A stretch of 64,000 nt of DNA from Felis catus (Eukaryota). Each line of letters starts with the position of its first letter. The first letter of the stretch is position 1. This document shows, piece after piece, positions 23,711-35,708 of the stretch. A program made the position numbers and the translations under genes. The stretch lies in assembly GCF_018350175.1 (NCBI RefSeq), contig NC_058368.1, forward strand, positions 174,160,001 through 174,224,000, read 5' to 3'. Below the pieces are notes generated by a model. That model was not told where the DNA came from. It saw only the letters and a list, made by a program, of their open reading frames with translations, and ran no database searches.

Positions 23711-24248
23711 GTATTAGTTAGGTTTCTTTTGATTGCAAGTGACAGAAGCCACATCTCAAACCGGCTTAAACAATAAGGACATTTATAACCCCACACATTT
23801 CACTTACAGAGATAGGGTTAGCTTCAGGGCTGGTTGATTCAGCAGCTCAACAAATATCACCAAACCCGGGGGCTGTCCATCTATCATTTGTCTTTTATTA
23901 GTGTTGGCTTTATCAGAGGCAACTGACTACAGTGGTTCCAAGAATTACATCCAGACTCAATAATACCCAGGCAAATACAAGGGACTATTATTTCCGGCGG
24001 CTCTCTCTTAGAAGCTACAAAATGTCCAGAAAAGTCTCTCATGCCTCAGTGGCCAGCATTTGTTTATAATCTACTCCTGGACAAACCATTGGCAAGGAGG
24101 AAGGGCGACTGGGCCACTGCTGGAGCTGGGATCAACTTCCATGAAGCTCATGGCTACCTGGGGGGGATAGTAGATACCTGAATAAAATTGGGGTTCTGTG
24201 AGTAGGGGACAAAGAGGAAGCATGCTGGTTGATAAGTGCTATCTCCAT
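23711..24248 (-). mobile_element. MaLR LTR (MLT1K/L-like)
   Basis: TGTATTAGTTAGG..TTGCAAGTGACAGAA..GGCTTAAACAATAAGG..GCTTCAGG. Confidence 0.7.
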
Positions 24249-24418
24249 TTTGCAGCAAGGGGATTGAGGCTCAGAGAGGTGAAATAATCTGTTCAAGGTT
24301 AAACAGCCAGTGAGCAGCAGAGATAAAGCCTGAGCCAGGGAAAGTCATCCCAAATTTAACATGCTTGGCATCATGCTCTGCAACCAGAGAAGGGAGGGGT
24401 TTCAGAAGTCATCTGTAT

Positions 24419-25151
24419 CAGTGCTTCCCAAACTTTAGCCATTTGGCCCCCACTTTTGTGATTTTCCCCATATTTATTTACACCTGCATGATGATATACT
24501 CAATATTTTTTTTTTAATTTTTTTTTTCAACGTTTATTTATTTTTGGGACAGAGAGAGACAGAGCATGAACGGGGGAGGGGCAGAGAGAGAGGGAGACAC
24601 AGAATCGGAAACAGGCTCCAGGCTCTGAGCCATCAGCCCAGAGCCCGACGCGGGGCTCGAACTCCCGGACCGCGAGATCGTGACCTGGCTGAAGTCGGAC
24701 GCTTAACCGACTGCGCCACCCAGGCGCCCCTCAATATTTTTTTTAATTTAACTAATATCGCCTTTATAATTTTTCTGAAAATACACTCATGATTTTTCCA
24801 TCAACAGTTGCAGGACAAAAGCACTGACATAAATGAGAAACCAGTCTTGCTTGACAGAAATAGAAGATCAATCATCAAAAGGAATACAATGAAAACAACT
24901 CTCTTATCCTTTCTAGAGGGATACCATTACCTGACAAATTCCTGAATTCAAAGGGTGCTCTGTCCCTGTTAAGAGTAAATGACCAGGAGTGAGGAAAGCA
25001 TTAAAGACTTACCAGCACCAAGCTGAAGCTCCCTTCTTGATGAAATAACGACTTAAAGAGAAGAGGGGAAAACAGCAATCCTTTCTCATGATGCAGTTCA
25101 ATGCCGCGTAAGGCTCCTGAACTCATCCCACACACCATTCTTTGAGAAATC
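24419..25151. mobile_element. hAT-Charlie-type DNA transposon remnant, split by a Can-SINE
   Basis: Starts CAGTGCTTCCCAAACTT and ends CTTTGAGAAA (degenerate Charlie-type TIRs). Confidence 0.55.
24505..24730 (-). mobile_element. Can-SINE, young felid subfamily
   Basis: Near-consensus; TSD TCAATATTTTTTT. Confidence 0.97.
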
Positions 25152-25317
25152 TTAACTTACATCAAAGCCCGAATGGTTTGTGACTGCCACATTACACATA
25201 ACAACAAAATCTCAGAGCGTGTAACAGCAACACGCATTCATCCCAGAGATCTGTGGTTCAGTTGCCACTCAGCTGTTCTAGGTGAGAATTGGCTAGGTGA
25301 CCCTTCTGTCTATCGGC

Positions 25318-25652
25318 AACAGGGTTGGCAGACTTTTTCCGTAAAAAGTCAGGGAGTGAAGAATGTTTTAGGCTTTGTGGATCCCACAGTCGCTGTTGCA
25401 GTGACTCAATGCTATCGTTGTGGTGTGACAGCAGCTCAGGCAAGATGTAAGGGTACAAGCAGGGCTGCGTTTCGTAAAACTTGGTGAATACCGAAATTGT
25501 AATTTCAGTAATTTTCACATGTCACGGAATAGGGTTCTTTGGATTTTTTTTCAACCAGTAACAAATGTAAAAACATTCTTAGCTCTAGGGCCAAACAAAA
25601 AACAAGTGATTGACCAGATCTGACCTGAGGAGCCCAGTTTGGTCATGCCAGT
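25318..25652. mobile_element. MER58B-like hAT-Charlie element
   Basis: CAGGGTTGGCAGACTTTTTCCGTAAA..TTTTAGGCTTTGTGG..AATTTTCACATGTCAC..AAATGTAAAAACATTCTTAGCTC. Confidence 0.85.
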
Positions 25653-25680
25653 CTCCAACAACAACTGTCACTGCCCCTGC

Positions 25681-25859
25681 CAGGACTGGCTTCCGAGACG
25701 TGGGACCTGTGAAACTGCATGTGGTCCTGCGCAGGCATAGAAGGATGCGCTTGGTTGAATGCTCTGTTACAACCATCTTGAAATGATTCATAATTTTTGA
25801 ATAAGGGACCCTGCATTTTCATTTTGCAGTGGAACCTACAAGTTATGTAGCCAGTCCCG
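25681..25859. mobile_element. MER91-like hAT-Tip100 MITE
   Basis: TIRs CAGGACTGGCT / AGCCAGTCCCG; internal CCCTGCATTTTCATTTTGCA. Confidence 0.75.
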
Positions 25860-26899
25860 GTGTCTTCTCATTCGAAGTGTGGAGACATGGAGAATCACAC
25901 CCCCCAACAGTGGTCTCATGGGAACATGTTCTCCTTATGGTGATGGCAAGAGTGCTAGGAGCTGGGTGGAAGCATCTAGGTCTTTGAAGGCCTAGGCCTG
26001 AAACAGGCGGATTGTCACTTCTCACCTCCTGTTGGCTGAAGCAAGTCACCCGACTGAGCCCAAAGTCAAGAAAATGGGACACATTTTAATGTGAGGGGGA
26101 CTCTAGTGTCCCCCTCTTTTAATGAGAGGGACTCTAATGTCACGTGACAAAGGGCTTGGAAACAGGAAGAGGTGATGACTTGGTGCCAATAAGGCCATCT
26201 ATCACCAACTCCCTGAGAGTGTGTTAATCATTCTGGCCGTTTGCATACCACTAGCGTCAAATAACTCATTATCTGGTCCTCTTGTCTATCAGCTTTAATA
26301 GTCCTTTGATCCATCAGCCGAGGCAGAGGCAAGGACAGAAGACTTTTGTGGAGTTAGATTTCAGGGGGGAACAATACAGGAATAGTCTTTCTTCCCCCTC
26401 TATGGGATCAGAGCGACTGACAGCACAGTCAGTCCGTGACAGCTGAAGCCAGGGGCTAGAACTAGTTGGCATTTTGAATGTACAAGCCAGCGTGCCAATC
26501 TCCTCCTAAAGATTCAGCCAGCTAGCTCCCTTTCCTGGAAGCGTCCTCTTGGGCCCTCAGTGCCTTAGATAGCACCTTTGTGCCGAAAAACTGGAGAAGA
26601 AAAATGTCTGGCTCGCATTCTACTTGGTGGCTTCTTTCTAGGTTTTAAACACATAGGAATAAACAGAGTGGGTCTGCAAACATCCATCTGACTATATCAT
26701 TCCTCAGCTTAAAGTCCTCTCCCGGCGCCCTCAGCCCAGCTTGGCTTCACATCACGGCTCTTTGTGACGTGGCCACAGCTGCCTACACAACTTCATTTCC
26801 TGCCACAGTCTACTCGCCATAAGCATCTAGACACACAGCACATCTGCCACCTCTAGGCCTTCGCACCCACTGTCACAATCTGGGAGGTCACCGGTGTGA

Positions 26900-27294
26900 T
26901 AAGCCATCTCAAAGACTTTTAAACAAGGAGAGGAAAATTGTTGGCTCATGTAATGGAATATCCAGCGGTGGAGGGAGCTTGAGGCATGCAGAGGTACTTA
27001 AGTCATGCTGTTTAGAATATGCTTTCCTCTGTGTTGACTCCATTCTCAGGCAGACACTCCCCTCATGATGATCAGGGGTAGTAACTTCAGGAGGAAGGAA
27101 GAGTCTCTTGGGGCACCTGGGTGGTTCAGTCGGTTAAGCGTCCGACTTCGGCCCAGGTCATGACCATATGGCTCGTGAGTTCGAACCCTATGTTGGACTC
27201 TTGGCTGTTGGCACAGAGCCCGTTTCAGATCCTCTCTTCCCCCTGCTCTCTCTGCCCTTTCCCCGCTCATGTGCTTCCTCTCTCTCTCTCTCTC

Positions 27295-27325
<31 letters not shown>

Positions 27326-27617
27326 AGTTAAAAAAAAAAAGAGTCTTTTCTAGATATTCCAGCAAAGGTCCCAGGGCTGACTCCCGTTGGCCGATTGGGG
27401 TCACGTGGCCAGCATTAAACCAATGGTTGTGGGGGCTGGGGTGTACCGATTGGCCAGGACTGGACCATAAGCCCATTCCTGCATCTGGGAGAGTGGCATT
27501 AGCTCCACCTAAACCACGGGGACCAAGAGTGGGGATTTCCCAGGGGAAAGTCAGGAGGTGGTTACCAAATGAAGTGTTGAACAGAGGCGGGGAAGCCAAG
27601 GCAACAGACGTCCCCAC
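26900..27617 (-). mobile_element. MaLR LTR (MLT1K-like), split by a Can-SINE
   Basis: TTGGCTCATGTAA..; after the SINE CAGCAAAGGTCCCAGGGCTGACTC..TTGG..GGGTCACGTG..AACCAAT. Confidence 0.65.
27110..27340 (+). mobile_element. Can-SINE
   Basis: GGGGCACCTGGGTGGTTCAGTCGG head, long A tail, TSD AAGAGTCT(C/T)TT. Confidence 0.95.
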
Positions 27618-27991
27618 CCTCTGGTTCCTTTGCCTGAAATGCTTCCCTCCTCTCTGCCTGGCAGACTCAAACTAATCTTTCTGGCTCCACCTCCAGTGTC
27701 ATTCTTCCTGTAGACCCCTCACCCCACCCTAGAGTAAGCCCCCCCTTTCTCTGTGCTTCCTTCCCTCCCATCATTCAGTGCTAGGCTGCCAGGGGTCTCT
27801 TGGGGCCACCCGCTTCTGGAAAATGTCGATGAACTTTGCCAAACTCCCCCATTTCAGAGCCCGTGCCAGTTCACACCTTCCCTGATTTCCACATGCCCTT
27901 GGCTTTCCTCCTTGTGACACTCAGCTTCCACATCTGTGTGCACCGCCTCAGGTTGGCTACAGGTGTGCACATCTTGATACCCTCCCCATCT

Positions 27992-27992
27992 C

Positions 27993-28023
<31 letters not shown>
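27992..28023. repeat. (CAA)10 microsatellite
   Basis: Directly visible. Confidence 0.97.
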
Positions 28024-28279
28024 TCTCATTACCTTTGTGACTTTGTAAGTTTCATAGCTTGACTGAGACCTGAGGGTGACAGAGGAATCCCATGGCTCCC
28101 CAACTAGCCCCGCCCCTTCTAAGAACACCCTTCTCCCCAGGGTGGCTCCCCCACTGGGCACAACCTTGACTCTTCCTATCCCCCCTGCAAGACACTGACC
28201 TGCCAGTCTGGTCTGCAGCGACCCTCCCCCGCTTCCTTGCTCCCCACTCTTCCCGATTCTGCTGAATATTTGACGTCAC

Positions 28280-28420
28280 GGCAACTCCAGAGTCTGTTTA
28301 ATCTCTCCCCTCTCAGCAGCATCTGAGCTCCTTGAGGGCAGGGCTGTGTTCAGGTCATTTCTGCCCCTCAGGTGCCTAAGACAGGGCATGGCACCGAGTA
28401 GGGGCTCAGTGGAGGCTAAA
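28280..28420 (+). mobile_element. L2 3' end remnant
   Basis: TGAGCTCCTTGAGGGCAGGG..GTGCCTAAGACAGGGCATGGCACCGAGTAGGGGCTCAGT. Confidence 0.7.
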
Positions 28421-29569
28421 TCCAAAACTACGTTCAACAAAAGGCTGCATTTAAAAAAAAAATCAGCAAGGATTTCTTTGGCCTCTGCGGGAAGCGCAGA
28501 GAGTGTGGGTGAGTGATGATTTCAGCAGAAATGCCACAGGACGCACGGGTTCTCCATTATTTATGGGACTAAGGAGGCATGTTCCCAGAGCGCTGCGATC
28601 TATTCTGAAGATGTCTGGGCAGAATGTGAGTGACTTTGTTCCCTAGAGTCCCTGCAACCCTACTCTGCAGCTACCAGACAGGGGGGCTTTCACCTTCTTC
28701 TTGCAGCAATAAAGAAGTGTCTGGGGACTCAGTGCTGCTCCTGCCTTGTTGTTGTTGCCCAATGTGCGGGCAAGGATGGCGAGATGAGAGCAGGACAGCC
28801 TCTGGGAACAGAGGGGTCTGGGTTCAAGTCTTGCTCTGCCCTGGATCACTGTATGTTTCTGCCTCGCTGGGCTGCAGTGTTCTCATCTGTGCTATGGAGG
28901 CCAGGGCTACGTCCCTGCCAGGGGCCTGGGTGCATTCAGCGAAGCAGTAACCTGTAGGCTTACAGCCTGACGCTGCGTGCTCACAGCAGGCTCTCATTCA
29001 ATGGCGGTCCCAGCTAAACTAGGTCCAGCTTGACCCTGTGTGGCTCTGAGTTCCTGAAGTCTCCCATCAGGTGGAGTTTGTGGATGGATTTTTTAAAAAG
29101 ATTTATGAAGCATTTGCTTTCCATTAGAACCGGTGGGTAGAGAGGCTGTGTAATTATTTGCAAGGGATTTCTTATTTATAGAAGGAAAAGTTGAAGGATT
29201 TCTAGACGAGGCTATCAGCGCTTTTCTCAAGAGCAGAGGGAGTATGTAAGTTCCGAGCACAGGGGAGTTGTGCTGGTCCTGGAGACACAGGGTGTTCTGT
29301 CTTAGGGCATGTGCAGACTCTACAATCAGATGGACTTGAATTTTCCCCTTGTACTTGGTGACCCAGAAGTGGTTGGGGAGGGAGGTAGCCTCGTCTTCAT
29401 TGGTGCTGGCCCTGATTTTCACAATGGATTTCCACTTCTGGAAGCCTTCTATGATGTTCCGATGGTGACCACCAGTGACTGTGATCACAGCGCTATCCTA
29501 GGGTCTGGTATTCCTCAGGTGCTTAATAAATGCTTCCTGAGTGAATTATTTGATGAGCAGATAGCCCTG

Positions 29570-29760
29570 GACTCGGGGTGAGATGAAGCTCGGTGCCAAT
29601 TTTATGTGGCCTTGGCTGAGTGTCTATTTCCTCTGAACACCAATCTCTGCATTTGTGAAAGTGGGTATAAAACCACTACTTAGGCTGGGTTTTTGAGGAT
29701 GGAATGGATCAGGTCAGGAGAAGCACCTAGCACATAGTTAGCACTCAATCCGTGATGGTT
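29570..29760 (+). mobile_element. MIR SINE
   Basis: TGTGGCCTTGG..CATTTGTGAAAGTGGGTATAA..GAGGAT..CCTAGCACATAGTTAGCACTCAAT. Confidence 0.65.
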
Positions 29761-30271
29761 TCTCCCTCTGAGTGCCCAGATGCCTTCTTCAGAATTTCAG
29801 CAGTCTCCATTCCCCTCCCCCCCCACCTTTATTCTTTCCTAAATAAATAATTCTCTCTTTAAGTACTGCCTTCTAGATAAATAAAACTCTCTTATTTAAT
29901 TTGATTGTTTTCCTGCTTGTTTAATTACTACCATTAAGACGTTAATGCTTTCTTGTATTTTTGTTTTTCATGGCAAATGTGATATTTTAGCTCCACTTGG
30001 GGTTGTTTTATTTGTCAAGTTTCTGCTGTTGCGAGTATCAGAAGCCGGATTCAAAGGGGGACTTGAGAAAAGAGGGGCACTTACTGGTTTTTGTAATTAA
30101 ATCTCCCAAGGGGTTGCTTTAGCCAGAACAAGGCTGCCCGCAGACGATCAGATGGTGTACCAGGATACAATGTCCAGTTCTTGGCTCTGCTCTCCTGTGC
30201 CACGCTTACTCTGGGGCAGCCTTGGCCTCTGTCCTTTCCTCCCAACGGCATCGTTGAAAGACCTCTCCCAT

Positions 30272-30506
30272 GGGGCGCCAGGGTGGCGCAGTCAGTTAAG
30301 CGTCCGACTTCAGCCAGGTCATGATCTCGCGGTCCGGGAGTTCAAGCCCCGCGTCGGGCTCTGGGCTGATGGCTCGGAGCCTGGAGCCTGTTTCCGATTC
30401 TGTGTCTCCCTCTCTCTCTGCCCCTCCCCCGTTCATGCTCTGTCTCTCTCTGTCCCAAAAATAAATAAAAAACGTTGAAAAAAAAATTTAAAAAAAAAAA
30501 AAAAAA
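30272..30506 (+). mobile_element. Can-SINE, young felid subfamily
   Basis: GGTGGCGCAGTC..CAGCCAGGTC; TSD AAGACCTCTCCC. Confidence 0.97.
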
Positions 30507-31319
30507 GGAAGACCTCTCCCTTCCCACTAGAGACACCAAGACCCTTGGGACTTGGGTCCAAACACTGCACCGGGGGGACTAGCCAGCCCTGCTGGGCTCC
30601 ATGCCTGGAGCTGGGGGTGGGGATTTGGTCCCATCCAAATCTCCTGGGCTGAGAGAGGCAACGGGTGGGTCCCACACGAAAACCAGGGTGGATTCTGCTA
30701 TCTGAGGCAGGGGACACCGGGAAGGATTATTATCATTTCTGTTTTACAGGTGAAGAAACAACCAATGCCCACCACTGTTCTATTAGCAGCAAATTCAACC
30801 CCCTCTAATAAGCTTATTTCCTCTGAGAATTCGGATCTGGGTATCTCAGAGTCAACCTCAAAGACCCTTGTGGGACCACGTTGTTTGGGTCAACTTCTAG
30901 GTATGTCCAGGGCCACATCTGGAGCCTGGTGGCAGAGGTACTGGCGTGGAGAGCCAAAGAAGGTTGAGGTTGGCCTTCGTCATGGCCCCTTGTCAAGCCA
31001 CCCCCCCCCCCCCCCGCCCCTTGATGATCTTGTGCAGGTCCGCATCCTGGACCTTCATTTCTTCATCTGTGAAATGGAAACAAACAACGCCATCCTCCCA
31101 GAGATGTTTGGGGGATTCTCTGAGGTGATGAGCACTTAGTAAGCGCTCAGTGAATGCAGAGCTGGCGGTGAACCTGTGCCACCTTAGGCGAGTCCCTCAG
31201 CTGTTAGAGCCTGAGCATCCTTGTCTGCAAACTGGATGATGATAATCTCCCATCCTGGGCTGGGCATGCAGGAGGCACTTAGTAAGAGGTCGGAGACTGA
31301 GATTCTGCAGCCTATAAAT

Positions 31320-31470
31320 TCCTACCAGGCACCAGGCATTTTCACCAACGTGATCTTGCTGTTACTAAGTCCCCTGCTATTTAGATGAGGAAACGGAGGC
31401 TCAGAGAGGCAGACTTACTCTTCACACGGCTGAGGGGCAGACCAGGCTTTAACCCATGTCCTTACCACTG
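31320..31470 (-). mobile_element. MIR SINE
   Basis: TTTAGATGAGGAAACGGAGGCTCAGAGAGG. Confidence 0.65.
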
Positions 31471-33008
31471 TTCCAGCTGCTTCCCTGAGGAACTGGGGGG
31501 CTGCTTCCATATGTAGCACTCAGCCCTCAGGGCCTGGCTAAGAAGTCACCTCTCCTGTGTCTCCCCAGGGCTCCCCAGTCTGGGTGAGCACTCTCCTTGG
31601 TTTTCCCCAGCTCCCTAGGTCCCCATCACAGCTCTTCCTCCCTGGCAGTGCTACTGTCTGTGTGTCTGTCTGCCTCCACTGGACCAGGGACCAGGCCCGA
31701 TATGCTGGCCCCCGGTGTGCTGCTGGGAGTGACAATGGAGTCCCTAAGTTTGGACACAATGGCATGGTGGAAAAAGGGCTTCTGGCCTCACCCACAGTTC
31801 TCCCTGCTGGACCTTGAGAGGAGTCGAGAGCTTCCCTGAGCCTCAGTCTCCTCCTCCCTTCTAGCTGTGTGGTGGTCAGGATAGAAGAAGTGCGACAGCA
31901 GCTGACATTATTTGAGGACTTACTCATTTCATTCATTTCTGCTGACAATCCTTTAAGGCAGAGACAAGGATCATGCACGTCTTACAGGTAAGAAATAGAC
32001 TGAGAGACGAGAACTGATTTGCCCAGGGTTGCACAGCCGGAGCCTACAGCATGCACAGTGGGGACTCATAAGTGGTGTCTATAATAACAATAAGGGTTCG
32101 TGGAATAAGGGGATGGGGGCTCTCTTGACCCCCCTGCCGCTGTGCCATCATGGGCCTCGTGGCCCTTGTTACATACCGAGCTTGGCCAGGCTGTGTACCC
32201 ACGCAGCTTGCTGGGCTGCGCTGGCTGGGGAGGAGAGCCTGGCTCATACACACCAGGTCTGGGAGTAGCTTCTGGAAGGTGGGTGGTTTGCGGCAGAACA
32301 GAGGCCTCGCCTAGCCTCCCTGAGAAGCATCGTCAAGTCTGATGCTCTGATCTGGAAAACGCACTGCACCCCTGCAGCACCCCACATTTTCATTGCACCT
32401 TCCTCTCAGCAGCGACATCTTCCTTCTGTGGGAAGAGCTGTAGCAGCCACACGTGTTCTCTTCAGAGGCAGCCTCGATGGTGCTACAATGTTTACAGTGC
32501 GTGTTCCCATCGAGGAGGGGCTGAGAGAGGTGTGGCATGAGGTGGCACGGGACCCCATGTCAGAGACTCCCCAGGAAAACAGCTAGAGATACTTGGAATA
32601 TAAGGGAGAGGTCTGTGGAAATGTGGGTATCAATGGTAGGGGACCCAAGAGACTGTTCTCCTGCACAGCCAGTGAGTGTTGGGGCTGAGGCCAGCACTGG
32701 AAAGTTGGGGGGTCAAGGCCAGAGGGAGAGGTACTCTGTCAGCTTTCCCAGAGGGCTGGAGAGAAGTAAGTTTAGAGGGCAGACCTGGATCCACCGTCCA
32801 GCAAGAGAATGATTTGCCAGAGAAGTGGTGAGCTTCCTGTGTCTGGAGGTATTCAAGTTTTAGCATTTTGAGCTCCTAAAGGGAGATTTTTTATGGGGTA
32901 AAAAAAAAGTAGCCCAAATATCTTAGAGTTCAGCTGAGGAGGAGTCAGTCCTATAGGAGAGAAGTGTGAAGAAAGCCTTCAAAGATCATAAAGTTTGTTG
33001 ATGGATGG

Positions 33009-33143
33009 CAGTGGTCCTCAACCCTGGCTGTGCATCAGATCAGAATCCGAGAATCAGATCAGAATCAGAGGTATGGAAGGATTAGGGCACCGGGATCTTC
33101 AAGGAGGCTTCCTGATTCTCTGTGTCCGGGGGAAATGACTGAT
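33009..33143. mobile_element. MER5-like hAT element remnant
   Basis: CAGTGGTCCTCAACCCTGGCTGTGCATCAGA..GAATCAGA..CTGATTCT. Confidence 0.6.
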
Positions 33144-33654
33144 GATCTGACTGCTGCTCTGTTGGGGATGGCCTTGGCCTTGTAGAGAAGACCTCAGGGT
33201 GAGAAGCTCTGAGCTGGCTTTTGGGGCCCTGTCAAGGACAGGGCGCTGCAAACCTTGGCGAAGGACCAATAAAGCTTTTCTTTCCCTGTTCTCGAGGATG
33301 GCAGCTGTTGACTCTCCTGTAGCTTAGCATCTGGTCCTTCCAGATTGGTGGAAGGTCATGTCCCAGCAGATGTAAGTGACCAGAGGGCAGACAGGCAGCT
33401 CATCCCAAAGGCTGAAAGGACAAGGAAGGTCAAGGGGGCAGTGGGAAGGCACTTGGCTGAGGCGGCCAACTGGAGAGCTTGGAATCCTATGGGGAGCATT
33501 CTAGGTAGGGGCAGGTGAGCTGGGAGTGTGGAGAATCAGGGATGGCTTCCTTGGAGAGGTGGGGTGAAACAGTCTTGAAGGATGGGGAAGCCTGGGGAAA
33601 GGGAGAGGGACATTGCAGGCGGTCCCTAAGCCTGAGGCTAGTGCCGGAGACTGG

Positions 33655-34025
33655 ATTTATCAGTACCTATTTGGTTGCAACTTCTAGAAATGGAATGGAA
33701 CCCAAATAGATTTTTTTTTTCGTTCATGTAATTGAGAAGTCCAGAGTTGGCTTCAGGCATAGCCAGATCCATATTCTCAAACAATGTCATCATCTCTTTC
33801 CATTACTCAAATCTGCTTTCCCCATGTGTGTATTGCCTCAGGGGGATTCTCCCAAAGATAGCCACCATAGCACTTCTTCCCCGATAGCTCTGTAATAAGT
33901 TCCAAGAACAGTCATTGCCCTGGCTTGGGCCGTGCCTAGCCCCGAACCTGGCAATGGACGGCTCTGGTGGGCTTCGACAGGGTCATGGCCCAAACCCTGG
34001 GTTAACAATGTGCAGAAGTATTTCC
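33655..34025 (-). mobile_element. Old MaLR LTR (MLT1K/L-like)
   Basis: TTTGGTTGCAA..TCATGTAATTGAGAAGTCCAGAG..GCTTCAGGCATAGCCAGATCCA..CTCAAACAATGTCATC. Confidence 0.65.
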
Positions 34026-34029
34026 ACAA

Positions 34030-34379
34030 GGAAATGAAGTTAAGAGCCTTGAGACAAGGGGACAATCCTGGATTATCCAGGAGGGTTCCATAGAATCACA
34101 AGTATCCTTACGCGTGAGAGGGAAGCGGGAGAGGCAGAGGAGGGGCTGTGAGGGCAGAAGTAGAGATTGGAGGGATGCAGTTGCCGGCTGGGGGCCATGA
34201 GCCAAGGGATGCAGGTGGCCTCTAGCAGTTGGAAAAGCAAGTAAACAGATTCCCCTCTGGAGTTTTCCTGAGACCCATCTTGGACTTCTGACCTCTAGAC
34301 TGGTCAGTGATATATCTGTGACGTTGTAAGCCAGTAAATTTGTGGTCATTTGTTACAGCGGCCAGAGGAAACGAATACA
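34030..34379 (+). mobile_element. MaLR LTR (MLT1D-like), 5'-truncated
   Basis: CCTGGATTATCC..GCCATGAGCCAAGGGATGCAGGTGGCCTCTAG..GGACTTCTGACCTC..ATTTGTTACAGC..GGAAACGAATACA. Confidence 0.85.
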
Positions 34380-34699
34380 CCCCTTAGTACTTGACATCTC
34401 ACGTTCTGGATATCTTGCTCTGCACTGGCCTCCCTCCATCACCAAGAGAGAGTCATCTCCCAGGGGCTCACTGCTGAAGGAGGGCTGGGGTTCGGGTCTG
34501 TTCCTCTCAACCAGCCCCGCCCCACCTGGCAGGTTGCCCCAGGCTCAGATTGGCCACTGCCTGGGACTTACTCTGAACCCTTCCTCCTCCATCAGGACAG
34601 TGCCTACAGCTGACTGGCCTCAGTGTAAACATCACCCGCCCCCCAAGAAGTCTTCCATGTACAACTTCAACACCTTAAAACCCCCCTGCCTTGCACACT

Positions 34700-34869
34700 C
34701 TTCATCAGCTCGAACCACACTGGGGTGGAATTGTACGGTTCTGGTCTCTCCATTAGGCTGTGAGCTCACTGAGGACACGCATCAGTGTCTGATTCATCAG
34801 TCACTGCCTCCCCTCACAGGGCCTGCGCATAGTAGGTGCTCAGTAAACATGTGTTGAATGAATGAATGA
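34700..34869 (+). mobile_element. L2 3' end
   Basis: CTGTGAGCTCACTGAGGAC..ATAGTAGGTGCTCAGTAAACATGTGTTGAATGAATGAATGA. Confidence 0.8.
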
Positions 34870-34939
34870 CCATATGTGCGCCACTAGGCATGAGGGGTGG
34901 GTCAGAGAAAACCCCTCCCAAACATGGAGCTGGACTTGA

Positions 34940-35708
34940 CTCCTGGCCGTTTCCCCCAAAACCCATTTTCTCTTCTTCCTGGTTCTTGCCTCCCTTGTAA
35001 GTTAGATGTGGCCATGTGCTGAGTACTGAGTCCTGGCTGGTTGGAGGTGAGGTTTTTGAAGTATGTCCTTCTCATTGTCTCCCCTTCCCAAGGCTGGCAA
35101 GAGAGGCGGACAAAACTACAAATGGCGAAGCCTCTCCCTGATCCTGATGAAGAGGAAACCCCCAATGACTAGGAATACAGGCTCAGGTCTGTCGTATGAA
35201 GAAGCAACCAATTCAGACGTGTCGAGCCCTTATTCAGTTTGGAGCTACATTTCCGCAGCTTGTATTACTCAAATTAATACAGAAATTGGTACCTTGAAGT
35301 GAAGGTGTTGCCATAACAACATATGTGGCATGGTCTGGGATTGGGCAGTGGGTGGGGAGGACGCAGCACTCACAGGCGGGAAAGCTGGGGACCCCTGGTA
35401 CGCAGTTGAGAACATCTAATGAATCGTTGCCCGAAATGGAAGAGGAAAAGAGCCTGACAGCTAGAGTGCATTTGTTCCTTTTTGCTGCCCACAGCAAGAT
35501 ACTACCAGAAAGCCACATGCTCAGGCAACAACTGTCCCGGCTGCAGGCTGAAATGAGACAGAACTCGGAAACGTAGGGCCCCTCTGGATGGGTTGGGTTT
35601 TCCTGACTTGGACTATTGCTCGAGCAAGAAATAGACTCCTACTGGGTGCGAGTGTTCCCAGGCCTCTGGGGCTATTTCTGCAGCAGCTGGCATGACCCTA
35701 ACTACACA
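34940..35708 (+). mobile_element. MaLR (MLT1J-like) LTR followed by internal sequence and a second LTR 3' end
   Basis: LTR ends ..TAATACA at ~35281, followed by GAAATTGGTACC..AAGTG (MaLR-int start); second LTR-like end ..GACCCTAACTACACA at ~35708. Confidence 0.6.

Larger units (their letters stand above)
25170..26208 (-). mobile_element. MaLR LTR (MLT1H/I-like), split by two DNA transposons
   Basis: CAAAATCTCAG.. at 25200; resumes with CATGTTCTCCTTATGGTGATGGCA..TGTCACTTC..TTGGCTGAAGCAAGTCAC..AGCCCAAAGTCAAG. Confidence 0.6.

Noticed and set aside
27836..28048. 70-aa ORF with poly-Q
   Set aside because: Poly-Q is just the (CAA)10 microsatellite; no coding context
30552..31139. 195-aa ORF
   Set aside because: Non-ATG start, runs through MIR-derived sequence and a C-run, no recognisable domain
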